DNA of 64,000 nucleotides from Eledone cirrhosa (Eukaryota): NCBI GenBank assembly GCA_964016885.1, contig OZ024740.1, positions 115,382,001 to 115,446,000 of the forward strand, read 5' to 3'. Shown piece by piece: positions 13,256 to 26,956 of this stretch (position 1 is its first letter; each line of letters starts with the position of its first letter). The notes under the pieces were generated by a model. It saw only the letters and a program-made list of their open reading frames with translations, ran no database searches and was not told where the DNA came from. The position numbers and the translations under genes were made by a program.

Positions 13256-14967
13256 TTTTGTGAAAGATGTTTCGTGAACTGGAGTAGCGTAAAATAAAGT
13301 AATGTTCTCAAAGACACAACACACCACCAGAAATTCAATACGCTTAAGAACAAAAAACCCTAACCAATACGCCACGTACCCTCACAGAACTAACATATGA
13401 TGCTACAGATAGATAATATTGATATGACGGTAGTGTGCTCCAACCGATGTGTTATATCACCCACCTGATATCAAAGACGCATGGTTGGGCGGCGCGGACT
13501 TGAGATCTTATGTACCACAGAAGCTCTCATTACCTGTTGGCACAGCGTGATAGTCGATTAGATCGGACCCAATACTTGACTGGTTTGATATTTCATCGTC
13601 CCAAATAGAAAGAAACGCAAATTTGAACTCGAAAGATAGAGAAACGGAACAAGTATGGTCACGCGGAAGAAGGAATTTCTGAAGGATATAGAAATACTGA
13701 TAGGCAGAAAGAAAGACAAAAAGAAGGAAGGAAAGAAATTAAGGAACAAAACTAAAGACAAATAGGGGGCGGGAGAAGCTAGCCAGAGAGAATCTAGTAA
13801 GGTAAGAATGTATGAATGAAAAAAATATAATGAATTAATGAAAAGAACGAAATAAAGAATATAAAACAATGAAAAGAAATAGAGAATAAAATCTGAAAAG
13901 AAAATGATAATAAAACAGAATGAAACAGAACGAAAGAATACAAAAGAGCGAACGAAAGTATAAGAAGGAAGACAGAGAGTGAAGGAGAAAAGGGATATAT
14001 GAGAGAGAATGATCTTGTAGTATATATAGAGAGAATGGATTGGAGTGGGAGTAAGAGAGTGAGAGAATGGGAGAAAGAGAGAGCGCAAAGTGAATCTATA
14101 TCACCATGGGAACGACTCTGACACTCTGACGATATTTGCTGCATCATGTCATTTGAATAATTGATTCTGGCCCTGTACACAACGACATATCTTTACACAC
14201 ACTGAGGAGATCGTAGCATGAGAGGGAGGGGGAGGAGAACAGAATGAGATTTAGGAGAGAGAAAGGAGAAAGAGATAGATAGAGAGAAGGAGGGTATAAT
14301 AAGAACTAGAAGCAAATAAATACTAACAGAGATTGTAATGAATAAAAAAAAAAAAGACATTCTGACTGACACTTAGAAAGAGAGATAGATGCGCATGCTC
14401 AATCACACGCCCATTATGTGTCTTTATGTGTTTATACACACACACCTACATACGTACGTACCTACACAGACACACACATGCACGCGCACACACACAGATA
14501 TATACATATATACATATATACATATATATATATATGTGTAGGTACGTATGTAGGTATGTATGTGTTTATACACACACATACATACGTACCTACACATATA
14601 TATATATATGTTCACACACACACATATATATATATATAATTAGAAAAATGATGGCTTCTAATTTTGGCACAAGGCCAACACTTTGTGGGGAGGAGAAATC
14701 GACTACATCGACCCAAGTGCGTGACTGGTACTTTATTTTAACGATCAGGAAGGGTGAAAGGCCTAGTTCAATTAAGAACAAAAGGGCCGTAACTAAATGA
14801 TGCAAAGGCTTTTGTTCGACACAAACAATTCTAGACATTCTGCCGCCTTTATATGTAACTAAAAAAATAAATGCGTCTGTAAAATATGTATGTATATGTG
14901 TCTAAGTTTGTACCTACTTATGCATTTACGCATCTATGGACATATACATATGCATGCGTGTGTATAT

Positions 14968-15029
<62 letters not shown>

Positions 15030-17966
15030 TATACTTTAGGATGGTCATGCTGCCAATAAAGATACACGCACCTGTTGGTTTTCGTTTCAATTTATTACAA
15101 ATTTCCAGTTGGTTGGTTTAATAAACGAATGGGCTTTTATAGAGCAACTTAAGTCCGTAGAAGAGTTTTAATATAATTTGATATAATAATTATTAAAGCC
15201 AGTTACTACAACGGTGCCGTGGCCTTAATAATAATAATAATATATACAAGCTTTTCGACATCATTTCAGGAATGATATTAGTGCAGTTGTTGAGATAGTC
15301 AGAGGTCTAGGAACTCAATGAAACATGTTAGTCATGCAATGTCATATACTGTCACTTTTACTTAATCTCTATCTCACCTAGATGATTTTCCTGTTACACT
15401 GGAGTTTAGAAAGGGGGGTCATGAATTTGTTAACTTACAACTCCATAAGAACTTCAACATCAGAAATCCTTGAACCAAAGCAGATTCTTCTTCGTGAGTT
15501 CTTGACCTATTAGAAACAGCAGCAAAATTTCCCACATATCATTCTCCTATTGCTTTAAAAGTAAGTACACATGGATTTATATTGTATTTGATATATATCT
15601 AATAAAAAGGAACGTGATCGAACATGATCGAGGCTGGAACACCTTTGATCATAAATCTGCTCAGTCAATGATTACCTGAAGCAGTGATTCCTAACCTTTT
15701 CAGTCCCAAGGATTTACTTTGTTTTAATGGATTTCTCACTCACCCCTCTACTTTCACATTTTTATAATATGATTATAACGATTAAAAAGAACATGTTTAT
15801 GCTTTGAGAAGAATGGAAACACAATATCAAGTGCATATTATGTTTATAATAAAGACTAGCCATGGTTTTGCCTCGTCGAGGAACATGCCCGGGCGGGATG
15901 TTTTTGAGGTGACCAACAGTAGCCCATACATGCCCGTTTCCCCTTCCCATGACACCAATATTAAGAAGGGAAAGGCAAAAGCTGATACAGTTCAGTATTA
16001 ATGTCGTTGTAACACATTGTTTTCCCGTTGAGTGAACTAGAGCAACCTGAAATAAGGTGCCTTGCTCAAGAAAACATCGCCCCACCCGGCCCGGATATTG
16101 AACTCATGGTCTGACAATCGAGAACCCAGCATCCGAGCCTCTAATCTATTTGCCTTCACATGGAAAGGAGCCTCGCTCAATATTCAACGGGATTGAGCCG
16201 CTTCTTTTTTCGGGATGGGGCTTTATATACGGGCACCCACGATTGATAGGCCCTGAATACATCCCTATACCACGTTCGTTGCTTATTTTCAGCACTAAAG
16301 CAGCAACAAACTAGCTACAACCTCTATATTCAGAAATTTGACCAGCAGCCTCCTCAACGAATGCATACTCAACGAAAAATTCTAAAACCGGCTTATGCAA
16401 GGATTTTCCTCTTCTGGAAGGTTGAGAGAGAAACATTTTCTGATACCACTTTAGCGTGCAGTCTAGCTGCTCATTTATAATTCAGTGGACAGTCTACACC
16501 ATCTACAAATACTAAACCCAACTCGATAGACAGGTGAAGTCAGTAGACACGGTGTAGAATAAGGATACTGCACACTAGACTGTACACTAAAGTAGCACCG
16601 ACATTCTAACTAAGGTCTTCGTCTGTATACTCAGTAGTGTCATTTTTTTTTTTGCATGGATGCCAAACACGAACCATGTGATTGTGGTTCTTCCGTCGAT
16701 TTCATCTAGCTCGTGAATGAAAGTGCTGGAGTCTGAATCTGTGACAAGGCTGGACCTTTGAATTACAGATGCAATCCATTCAACGGCTTTTCAAATATTT
16801 TCCACCAACTCAGTTTCACTCGATACGCTTGAGCCGACCCGAGGCATCATAAAGTCACTTGCCCAAGATAACATGCACTTAGATCGTATCTGGAACACAT
16901 ACAACAGCCACGTAAAGCCATGCGAAGCTTTTAACATCCAATGCTTCCAAAAGAGTTCTACAGAACTCTGACAAGATCGTACTTCAAACCAAAAAGAATA
17001 ACATTATATCCATACTGCTCAAGCACCCAGGCCCTATAGTACAGACTTCAGAGTAGCGCATTATAGGACATTAAAGATTCACAATTCCATCCAAATTCTT
17101 ATAATTAAATATATCATAATTTCCTGTGATCTGTATATAAATCACTAAATATCTTTGCAGCAAAGCAGCTTTATGGAAATACTTAAAGTGGTTCAGAGGG
17201 TAATATGGTGCCATGACTGTTCACGTGATTTGGCATGGTTGGGTGTGGTGTACTCAGTGGAAAATACCGGCTTACTAACTTTCTTGGTGTGGCTAGAGCC
17301 ATAAATATCAAAAACTAGATTTGTCAGTTCACCTAAATTTAATGTAAAATTATTTTATTGGGGGAATGGACGCAAAACTGAGAGAAGAGATTGCGCATTG
17401 TAGAGCTAGTTAGGGTACTTAATATCGAAGTGTCGGTTCTGTAAGTGCAAATATAGATGTCTCTATTGTTCGTTAAATTTACATCATAACCGAACTTCCT
17501 TTATTTTCTCCTAATTATTATGGATTTCGGATATTATGAACATTACCTAACAGAAACTTCCGGAACATTAAGGTATTTTATTATTAAATATTGAAACTAA
17601 CTCAATATTGGATGCTAATTAAATATTGTGTGATTATTATTTTTTTCATTGATAACATTATCAATTCATTAGAAATCCCTGTTTACCCAAATTGATTATG
17701 CACGTGCGTACATGTGTATACAAATGTATTTGTCTACACATATATATATATATATACTAGTGATATGAGAGAAAGTAAGTGAGTGAGAGTGAGAAAGAGA
17801 GAGTGAATGGCGGCGAGAGAAAAACTAGAAGGGTCAAAGAAAGATTTGTGTCCCTTTCTGCTTTTCAATGGTCGTGCAATTTGTTCAAATGCACGCGTGC
17901 AATATATATGGATATACGTTTAAAGTAAGTTTGTAAGCAAAGATATGTCTGTGTTTGTGTGTGTGA

Positions 17967-18021
<55 letters not shown>

Positions 18022-18074
18022 CGTTGTTGTTGTTATAATAATAATAATTATTATTATTATTATTATTTAGCAAT

Positions 18075-18695
18075 GCATTTCAATATGCTCTATTTTGTAG
18101 CAGAGATACAATGTGATCAAGTGACCCGTTTAAAGTTCGTAGATTGTATTATATATTGATCTGATACATATAAGATATAGGTCCGATATATATGTAAATA
18201 CATACTGTTGATGTAAACATTTCTTCTAGAACCATGAGATCTCAGATTTCCATTAACTGCACACTGAGCAGCGAAGCAGAAAGTCTGCTATAGACTAGCA
18301 AGTCTATTTTGTTCGGTTCGAAGAGTTTAAGTTACCAAATCGCATGGGTGCTAAATTGAAATTCGCCGCCTAGCAAAAGAATGTGAACGATAACATTAAA
18401 ATTGTACTGACTTCATTCTATAATAAAATGCACAACGTAGTTCGGAAGCGTAATTTGGTAATCTAGAATCCTTCCAAGCGAAGAAAAATAGACTTGCTCA
18501 TCTCTTACGTCCTTTCCGCCTCAATGACGTGTGTACGCTTACAAGAAACCTAAGATTGTCCGAAAAATTATTATATCAACATTTACCTATCTATGTTTTT
18601 ACATGTATATCGAACGTATATCTTTAACGCGCATCAGATCACCATACACTAAGTACTCTGAATCCTTGTCACAAAATGGAATATATTGAGATATA
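18075..18695. mobile_element. Old fold-back/MITE-like inverted repeat
   Basis: agcaagtctatttt (18297) vs aaaatagacttgct (18485); gatctgat...gatatatatgtaaa (~18158-18198) vs tttacatgtatatc...atcagatc (~18598-18640). Confidence 0.6.
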
Positions 18696-18777
18696 TTTCT
18701 ATATGACATAAATAATATAAATTACTCTCCAGACTAAGGCTGAACACACAAAATAAATTCTGTAGAATATCAGTTTA

Positions 18778-18832
18778 ATGCTTATATTACTTCACTACTT
18801 GGTGAATTTCAATCTGATACTCCTACCATTTG
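18778..18832 (+). CDS. Candidate coding exon 1 (signal peptide) of a small secreted precursor
   Basis: ATG...MLILLHYLVNFNLILLPF + G|gtaata phase-1 donor; upstream acceptor ctctccag at 18732. No homology evidence. Confidence 0.4.
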
Positions 18833-18869
18833 GTAATATAGACAAGGGCTTCAAAAACCTAAATCTATG

Positions 18870-18959
<90 letters not shown>

Positions 18960-19874
18960 ACCCCTTCGGATTGAATAAATATTTTCATGACCCTTCAGTT
19001 GTACAGTAAAGACAGCAATATCGTAAAGAAAACAACGTATGTCAGTGCAGTCAACACGCAGCTAACAGTGCAGCCAACACGCCTTCAGCGAGTTGGCGAG
19101 TAACGCGAGTATATTTTTAAAAGAAATGCGCCCAACAATTTAATTATTTAACGTATAGAGAATTTTCTACTACCCCAAAAGTCTCAAGTCCCATAGTTTG
19201 CTGTGAAATCGCGTAGTTTATTTGATAGGGTGTTCGGTTCACAAACGCAAGGTCTTGAATTCGGTTTCTGGCGGCTTGTTGTGGCCTTGAACAAGATACT
19301 TTATTTCATGTTGCTCCAGCTCACTCAGGTGGAAAAAATTAGTTGTACCTGTATTTCAAAAGGCATTGTCATTATGTATTACACCGAATCTCCCTAAGAA
19401 CTATTTTAAGTGTGCACGTGAAATTTGCTATCAGGCTGTTTTGTTTTTCGAACAACTGGAATAATCTTCGTCAGCAGCGACGGAAGACCAACAGTTCTAT
19501 TATAATGATATATCTTACTACAAGATAGCTATTAGAATTTCATGGTAGAACTGTACAACAATCTTTCTATATATTTGACATGTTATACTTTGTTTTCTAA
19601 TCATTTAAATGGAATGCATTTATTTTCATCAAACAACGTTCAAGTCCACCACACACTGTTTTAATGTCCGTGATAAGTCACATTATTTAATCTAGAGAGT
19701 CTGAACTTGTTATATCCATTCTTGCGGCCAGCAATACATTATCTGGTGTTTACTAAATTCCTGTCCAAACCATCAACAGCGCAGCAGTCACGGCAACAAT
19801 AACAGCAATAAAAACAACAGCTACAGCTGCAACAACAACAACTTTGAATTTTGATGCAACTGACTATCATTCAG

Positions 19875-19917
19875 CCCTTTCGAAATCCATATCGGATTAT
19901 CTCTCACAGACATTAAG
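19875..19917 (+). CDS. Candidate coding exon 2
   Basis: tcattcag|...AG|gtaatc; reads (A)LSKSISDYLSQTL(R), in phase with both neighbours. Confidence 0.4.
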
Positions 19918-21493
19918 GTAATCATGGATGATTGGCAGACAGGACCGAGAATAATACGCCATTGAAATGCAACATCATTTATTCAAACTCAGCTATTTCC
20001 CTCAGGAGGCTTCTGTCGTGCACTTGTTACATTTCAAACCGTCAGTGTAACACGCTGATGATATCTAATCTTTTCGTCATGGATGTAAATTCTCTCTATG
20101 TTGAAATATAAATTCGAAATGATTCATCGACATTGTCTATACGGCTTAACTATAACAGTTGATGCATTTATTAACGTATTGCTTTGCTGTCCACTTGTTC
20201 CGTGAAAATTAGAATGGCAATAGCTTTATTCTCTTATTACTGGGAAAGGCGGTTGGTTGTGTTGGCTACGTTGGAATGTGACAGACAGTTTTTAACACCA
20301 GTTATACAAATACTAAAAGTACAAGCGAAATGGCCAACTGGATAAGATATTATGCTATTAATTCATAAACCGTGAGTTCAAATCCGTTTCCAATGTTTTC
20401 ATTGCACCTTTGCTTAAACCATCTATTCTATCAACAACAAGTCACTGATCTGCTATAAATAGCAGGAAAATGTCTGTTAAAGAATTTCCACACATCTTAG
20501 TTCAATTCAGTTATAGAAACAGCCACTTGATCAGAGGTAAGCAGTAGGTGGATTTCGGCCCACAAGAGAGCTATTGAGATGTCCTCTCTAAAATTTGACC
20601 AATTTCAAATAACATGTAAGATATGATATAATATACACTTTGGTCATAGGCAAAACTAAAACAAAATCATTGTGGGTCATTACAAAAAGAATTTGCTGAT
20701 ACCTGCACTAGATGTTATGATAAGTGCGTTATACTAGAGTCATAATGGCTTCCACAAAACTTCCCTTGAAATTCAAAGACACTATATATGACAATAGAAG
20801 CTGTATAAATAGTTAGTTCAAGAAATCCCTATATTTGTCATTGCATTATCCCCCGTTCAGGTTTTATGTACCGTATTTTCTGATCCTACTCTATGCAGTA
20901 ACTGTATGGGTACAATACAAATGATAATATTCTAGGCTGGAAGAAATCGATGAGAATATGTGGCCTTCATCATTTGTTTAAAATCATTATGAAAAAAGAA
21001 ATGAATCGAATTGGTTTCAGTCAAAATAGAAACCAGCATGCAGATTTTTCATCACAAACCCAGTTTCCAGCTCACCGGAAGCATGTCGCTTGCATCACTA
21101 ACAACTAAAGTTATCACATGTATCAATAACTTAGTAGCTTGCTTTCACTTATTGTTTATAATGTCAAGCAGCTAATACAATTTGAACACGTCACTTTGTA
21201 ATTAATTTACGTTTTTTTTTATGTGCGTGTGTGTGTGTGCGTGTTTGATGTTTTTGTACTCTAACAAACGATCAATAGCTCTTAACAGCCGAACTATAAT
21301 ACACGCGGTAAAGACTATAATGTTCAGACTCTAAAATATTTTATTTCAGCTTATTTATAATGTTTACTCTATTCTGATTTTTTTCTCTTGTTTATTTATT
21401 ATAAAATAGCAGGAAACTAGACATCAGAGTTCGGGACCATTAAAACCGATGCATAAAATATTCAATTAAGTCCTCCATCCCTTATTTTTTTAG

Positions 21494-21540
21494 AGATAAA
21501 CGTTCCTTACAAAGCCATCCTTCGTTTTACACTTTTAAAA
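21494..21540 (+). CDS. Candidate coding exon 3
   Basis: Strong cttatttttttag| acceptor and |gtaagt donor; reads DKRSLQSHPSFYTFK(R). Confidence 0.45.
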
Positions 21541-21602
21541 GTAAGTGAATAATTTAAACATTCATACGTACATATATACATACGTGTACTTAAGTATATA
21601 TG

Positions 21603-21669
<67 letters not shown>

Positions 21670-21809
21670 GTGTGTGTATATACATATGTGTGTGTGTATG
21701 TGTGTGTATGTGTGTGTGTGTGTGTGCATACATATGCATACATATATATACATACATATATATATGCATTCGTATATATAAACATATATATATATATATG
21801 CATACATAC

Positions 21810-21881
<72 letters not shown>

Positions 21882-22423
21882 GCACACCTTAACAACATCG
21901 ACAGATAACATCAGATAATCTCACTATCCACACACCACACACTACATTAGTTCACCCTTAGTTCTCAACCCTGTCCACCCAAACCTACGGATTTTTATCC
22001 TTACTTTTATACATATCTTTTTTTTTTCAACTAAATCTCTAAGGCTTACATCACATTTAATCTGCTCTTCATTCAGCGTGATGCGATTACTTATAATCAT
22101 GTTCTAAGACCACCTGAAGGAAGATGCTTTTAAAATGTAGTCATAGAGCTAAGCCGGTATGTTTAGAAGGGCTTCAGTTCAATAGGATATCTAAATTATT
22201 TCAATTGACATTCTGTTGGTCAACATCCATTAACTACTGACGTCGGCTTCAGTTCCGTTTCATAGTCATTGTAAATCAATTTATATCTATGCGTGCTTAT
22301 ATATTTCTCAATGTGTGTGTGAGAGGTGTGCACATTCTTGTGTGCGTGTGTCTATGTGTGTTTAAGCATGTGTATAGGTACACATGTGTGTTTAAGCATG
22401 TGTGAAGGCGTGTGGCTGAGAGT

Positions 22424-22645
22424 GAAGGCGTGTGGCTGAGTGGTTAGACAATTGGCTTCGCAATCGTGAGGTTGTGAGTTTGATTCCTGGACCAGGCGAT
22501 GCGTTATGTCCTTGAGCAAGACACTTTATTTCACCTTGCTCCTTCTACCTGGAGTTGCGACCGATAGATAGTATTAGCAATTGGAAAGACCAAAGGAAAC
22601 ATTGTTTCTTCGGTCCGATTTGACGAAGGTCGATCGCTCCTTAAA
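22424..22645 (+). mobile_element. tRNA-derived (Arg-like, TCG) CORE-type SINE
   Basis: tggctgagtggtt A-box, gagtttgattcc B-box, tgtccttgagcaagacacttta CORE-like block. Related copies at 4245, 16020, 19200, 34130, 49090, 51560 and 57375. Confidence 0.8.
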
Positions 22646-22743
22646 TAGGTACGTTCGTATGTGGGAATGTTCGAGATTCTGTAGGTATCTATAAATGTAT
22701 GATTATACATATGTGTGAATATATTACATTATGTTATATTATA

Positions 22744-25106
22744 CTAGCAATGGTACCCAGCGTTGCACGGGATAAGGTATTTTGGAACGCGGGCCGCCAA
22801 CAGACCTAATCGTGGAAAAACTGCATGTCTCAACAATATGTAAAGAAAATAAACCGAATACTCTGATGGCTGGATAATCTTTAAGATTTTCCTCGATGAA
22901 GCAGGAAAAATGCAGGTTTTCACCTAATGCGGGCCAGAGGGCATCAAGAAAATGAATTTTATTATGTGCATAATATGCCTTGAAATTTCGGGTAAAATCG
23001 GCTAGTCGTAACGCCTAAAGAAAGCCCTAAAACGCTGAAAAAATTAAGATTTTCACCTAATGCAGGCCCTAGGCCACACAAAAGTTGGATTTTCTTTGCT
23101 CACAGTATGAAGAAGAGACTGACTAATACATAGTTACAATTTCAAGGAAATCGGTCTGACGTAACGCCTCAAAATACCCCTAAAAAGCTGAAAAAACGCA
23201 GTTTTTCACCTAATGCGGGCCCTAGGGGATCAAAAAGTTGAATTTTTTATGTGCATAACACTCCCTGAAATATAACGCGGGCCGCCAACAGACGTAATCG
23301 TGGGAAAACTGCATGCCTGGACAATATGTAAAGAAAATAAACCGAATACTCTGATGCAAATAGTATTAGGAATGCTTCTCCTTCCACGTGGAGAAAATCA
23401 GCCTGGTCCTTTTGTACTTTAATAAAGTGGCATGAGTTAGCAGGACAGATGTCACCACTTATGTCAGAGGGAAGTCTGCAATGCTTGAGCAAGACATGAC
23501 GTGCAATCGGACAGCATGTGGAGCCTTCTCGGAGGAGTCCACCGCACCTTAGTAAGTAAACGCAACTGAACAAACGTTTACCAAACTGTGGGTATAATTT
23601 AACAAATTTAAAGAGGAACGGTGCAATAAAATGGGCCCCGAGGCGTGTGAGCGTTCACTGGCAGCCCTAAACGAAAGGGTCGCCATCGGCTATTTCAAGG
23701 GCCCTTAAAAGGGCCGTGTAAGCCGATCACTGACACCTCAGTAAGGAGGGGTAACCATCTACAATTTCAAGTGGTGGCCCTAGAAAGGGCCATGTGAGCG
23801 TTCACTTGTAGCCCTTAATAGTGACTTTGACTGCGTTCTCTGACATTTGAAGGAGAATGTTACGGCTGCTTCCACTGGTAGCCTTTAGAATGAATCAGAT
23901 TGCGTTCGCGGCCCGTTTAACAGCCATACATTGACGCGCCGAGTGCGAAGCGGAAGGTCCATCACTCAAGGTAGTCACCTGAAGCCGAGGGAAAACGTAT
24001 TTCAGGTAATAGGCCGTATGACTGGCAACCAGATTGCCTTAAGAAGTGTTGATAACGAACTTACCTCGTCCTTGTGCAAATGCAAGAAGACTCTCCCAGC
24101 TGCCAACTCTAGAGCACCCTACGAATAACGATCCGCTTAACGACCTTACATTGCCGCACCAATTGTCAAGGGGAAGGTTCTTAGCTGAAGGGTTCACCTT
24201 AAACCGTAGAAAAAACGCATTTCAGTTAGTAGCCCGTACGAATTGCAACCAGATTGGTTTAAGAAAGGGCAATAATGAACCTACCTTCTCGTGAGATTTG
24301 TCTTAAGCAAGGGTGACAGAATAACTGGAGGCAGCAGACAGCCAGACATACAGAGATTAATTATAAGGGCATCGATGTTTTTCTTTACCGGCTTTAATTG
24401 TTAGTGTTGTGTGAAATATATAACCTGAAAACCTGATTTTTGAATCGCAGCAGGATCGACTTTATTTCACACGCTCCACTAAATGTTGGATTTTCTTTGC
24501 TCACAGTATGAAGAAGTGACTGTCTAATACATAGTTATTGGCTTTCATTTTTAGTGTTGTGTGAAATATTAACCGCTTTAGCTAAGCTTAGTGTTGCCAC
24601 AACCACGGCTGGAAAAGAAGTAAGTGCCTGGTGGTACGTATGTAAGCAACACTGTGGCTTTAAACGTGAGAAAGAAGTTGTGTGCACTTACCAACTGTTT
24701 GGGGAATGAGTGTGAGATTTGTCTTGAGCAAGGGTGGCAAAATAACCGGAGGCAGCAGACAGCCAGACATAGAGACAGATATTATAAGGGAGCGTTCTGG
24801 ACGCAGGGGGAATTGTTGGAAGTGACGTAATGCAGACAGCCAGACATACCGACAGATATTATAAGGGCGCAAAGTTATATGTATGTATCTATCTAGAATG
24901 AGAAAGTCTAAGAATTATAGAGAGAGATCGCTAAATCGCTCAAATGTGGTCCCTAGGGCATTGAAAATTTGAAATTTCTTTTGCTCAGAACACTCCCTGA
25001 AACATAAGTATTACATATGTAAAGTTTGACAACAGTCGGTTGGGTGGTTCTCGAGTTTTAGGGATTCAAACTCACACACAGACATCCTTAGTTTTATATA
25101 TATAGA
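22744..25106 (-). mobile_element. Non-autonomous Helitron
   Basis: Minus strand starts TCTATATATATAAAA (25106) and ends with hairpin cccgtgcaacgctggg + CTAG|T (22744). Internal ~140-bp and ~215-bp repeats. Confidence 0.75.
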
Positions 25107-25143
25107 CTAGCAGAAAACCACGCGTTAGACGGTTTTCTGCTAG

Positions 25144-25660
25144 TCTATATATCTAAAACAGAGAATGTCTGTCTGTCTGTCAGCTCACTAAAACTTGAGA
25201 ACCATCCAACCGATTGTTTTCAAACTTTAGACATGTAATACTTATGGTCCTGTGAGTGTTTTGAGCAAAAATTATTTCAAATTTTCAATGCCCTAGGGAC
25301 CGCATTAGGCGATTTAGCGTTCTCTCTATATAATTCTTAGTCTTTCTTTTTAGATAGATACATAGATATAACGTTGCGCCCTTATAATATCTGTCTGTAT
25401 ATCTGGCTGTGTGCATTACGTCATTATGACGCGTTCAGCGCGATTCCCTCGGCCTCAGTGACCAAAGTTAGTGGAGAGGAGAAGGTAATGTTTCTGTAGC
25501 ACGTGTTTTAGCGTCTATTCACTCTCTCTCTCTCCCTCTCTCCCTCCCGCTATCCCCCTCTCGTAGTCTGTCTGTTTCTTTCACTCTCACTCTCTCTCTA
25601 CGCACGTGTTTCCACTGTCGGACAGACAGACAGACAGAGAAATTGCTGGTTATATATATA
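25144..25660 (+). mobile_element. Helitron 5' portion, head-to-head with the 22744-25106 element
   Basis: Starts TCTATATATCTAAAAC; 25144-25425 is an inverted homologue of 24825-25106 and of 52470-52739. Confidence 0.7.
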
Positions 25661-25680
25661 AGTAGATTAGACATAAGGTC

Positions 25681-25838
25681 AATGGGTTGGCAGTTTCGGT
25701 AGAGGGTCGGACGCCATGCTGAGTTGAAATCCCGCCGAGGTTAACTTTGCCTTTCATCCTTACGGGGTCGATAAAATAAAGTACCAGTAATGCACTGAGT
25801 AATTGCTGGCCTTGTGCCAAAAGTAGAAACAATTATTA
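25681..25838 (+). mobile_element. Internally deleted Meta-like SINE
   Basis: Same family as 56170-56362. Confidence 0.8.
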
Positions 25839-26078
25839 TATTCGGGGCTGCTGTTGCTGTTATTACTATAGTTTGTATTGTTGTTATTGCTATTACATCT
25901 TCCTTGTCCCTGCTGTTGATGTTGTTGTTACTGTTGTCGTTGTTGTTGTTGATGCTGCAATATTTGCTGCTGTTGTTGTTGCTACAATATTTGGTGCTGT
26001 TGTTTTTATGTTATTGCAGTAGTTTTTGTTGCTGCTCTTATTGTTATTGTAGTTGTGGTTTCAACATGTTCTTTACAG

Positions 26079-26116
26079 GAATCAGCCTCACACCTAAGAG
26101 ATATATACCGAATACA
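26079..26116 (+). CDS. Candidate coding exon 4
   Basis: tgttctttacag| acceptor and |gtaagt donor; reads (R)ISLTPKRYIPNT and ends in phase 0. Confidence 0.45.
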
Positions 26117-26279
26117 GTAAGTTGCTTTTTCCAACCGATTTCCTTCATAATTCGTAGTAAATTCACACGAATAGTACATCGCTGCCAAGCACCAGTACCA
26201 CAACGTTAACATAAGCAATAAGATTACTTAATATATTGTGCAGCGGCCGTATGCATGAAAGTCTGAGTAGCCTATCAAT

Positions 26280-26318
<39 letters not shown>

Positions 26319-26325
26319 TATATGT

Positions 26326-26389
<64 letters not shown>

Positions 26390-26496
26390 ATAATAATAAA
26401 TTTGAAGACTAAAATCCAAAGGGGGCTCGATAAGGATAAATATATATCAAATATATAAGAACCGTAGAGCAAATATTTATTAAATCTGTTATTTTA

Positions 26497-26599
<103 letters not shown>

Positions 26600-26674
26600 T
26601 ATAGATTTAATTTAATATAGAAGGAAGGCGACTGTCCAAGTATTTATAAATACCACCATATTACTTGGACAGTC

Positions 26675-26725
26675 GGCTTCCTGATGATTTCTCCCGAATT
26701 AAACAGTTCTAGTCCTGTAGAAGCT
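26675..26725 (+). ncRNA. Type I hammerhead (this copy has GAAA mutated to TAAA) in a mini-element spanning ~26605-26810
   Basis: ggcttc-CTGATGA-tttctcccgaat-tAAA-cag ttctagtc ctg-TA-gaagct. Sister copies at 29227-29252 and 40580-40620 retain GAAA and gaagcc. Confidence 0.7.
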
Positions 26726-26809
26726 ATTTCTATATTAAATATTTATACTCTGCTATGTATTGAGTGCCTTACTTACTCTGGTTACCCCCGATTGAACCCG
26801 GGATAAGCT

Positions 26810-26899
<90 letters not shown>

Positions 26900-26956
26900 C
26901 ACATACATATATATGTATACATGTACATATATATAAATATATGTATATATCTATCT

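Noticed and set aside
13558-14180. Hydrophobic ORFs of 176 and 128 aa (also 59578-60006)
   Set aside because: Purine/pyrimidine-skewed low-complexity DNA giving F/L/S/I-rich frames.
22424-22497. tRNA gene
   Set aside because: tRNA-like SINE head; the cloverleaf is not intact and the sequence continues into a SINE body.
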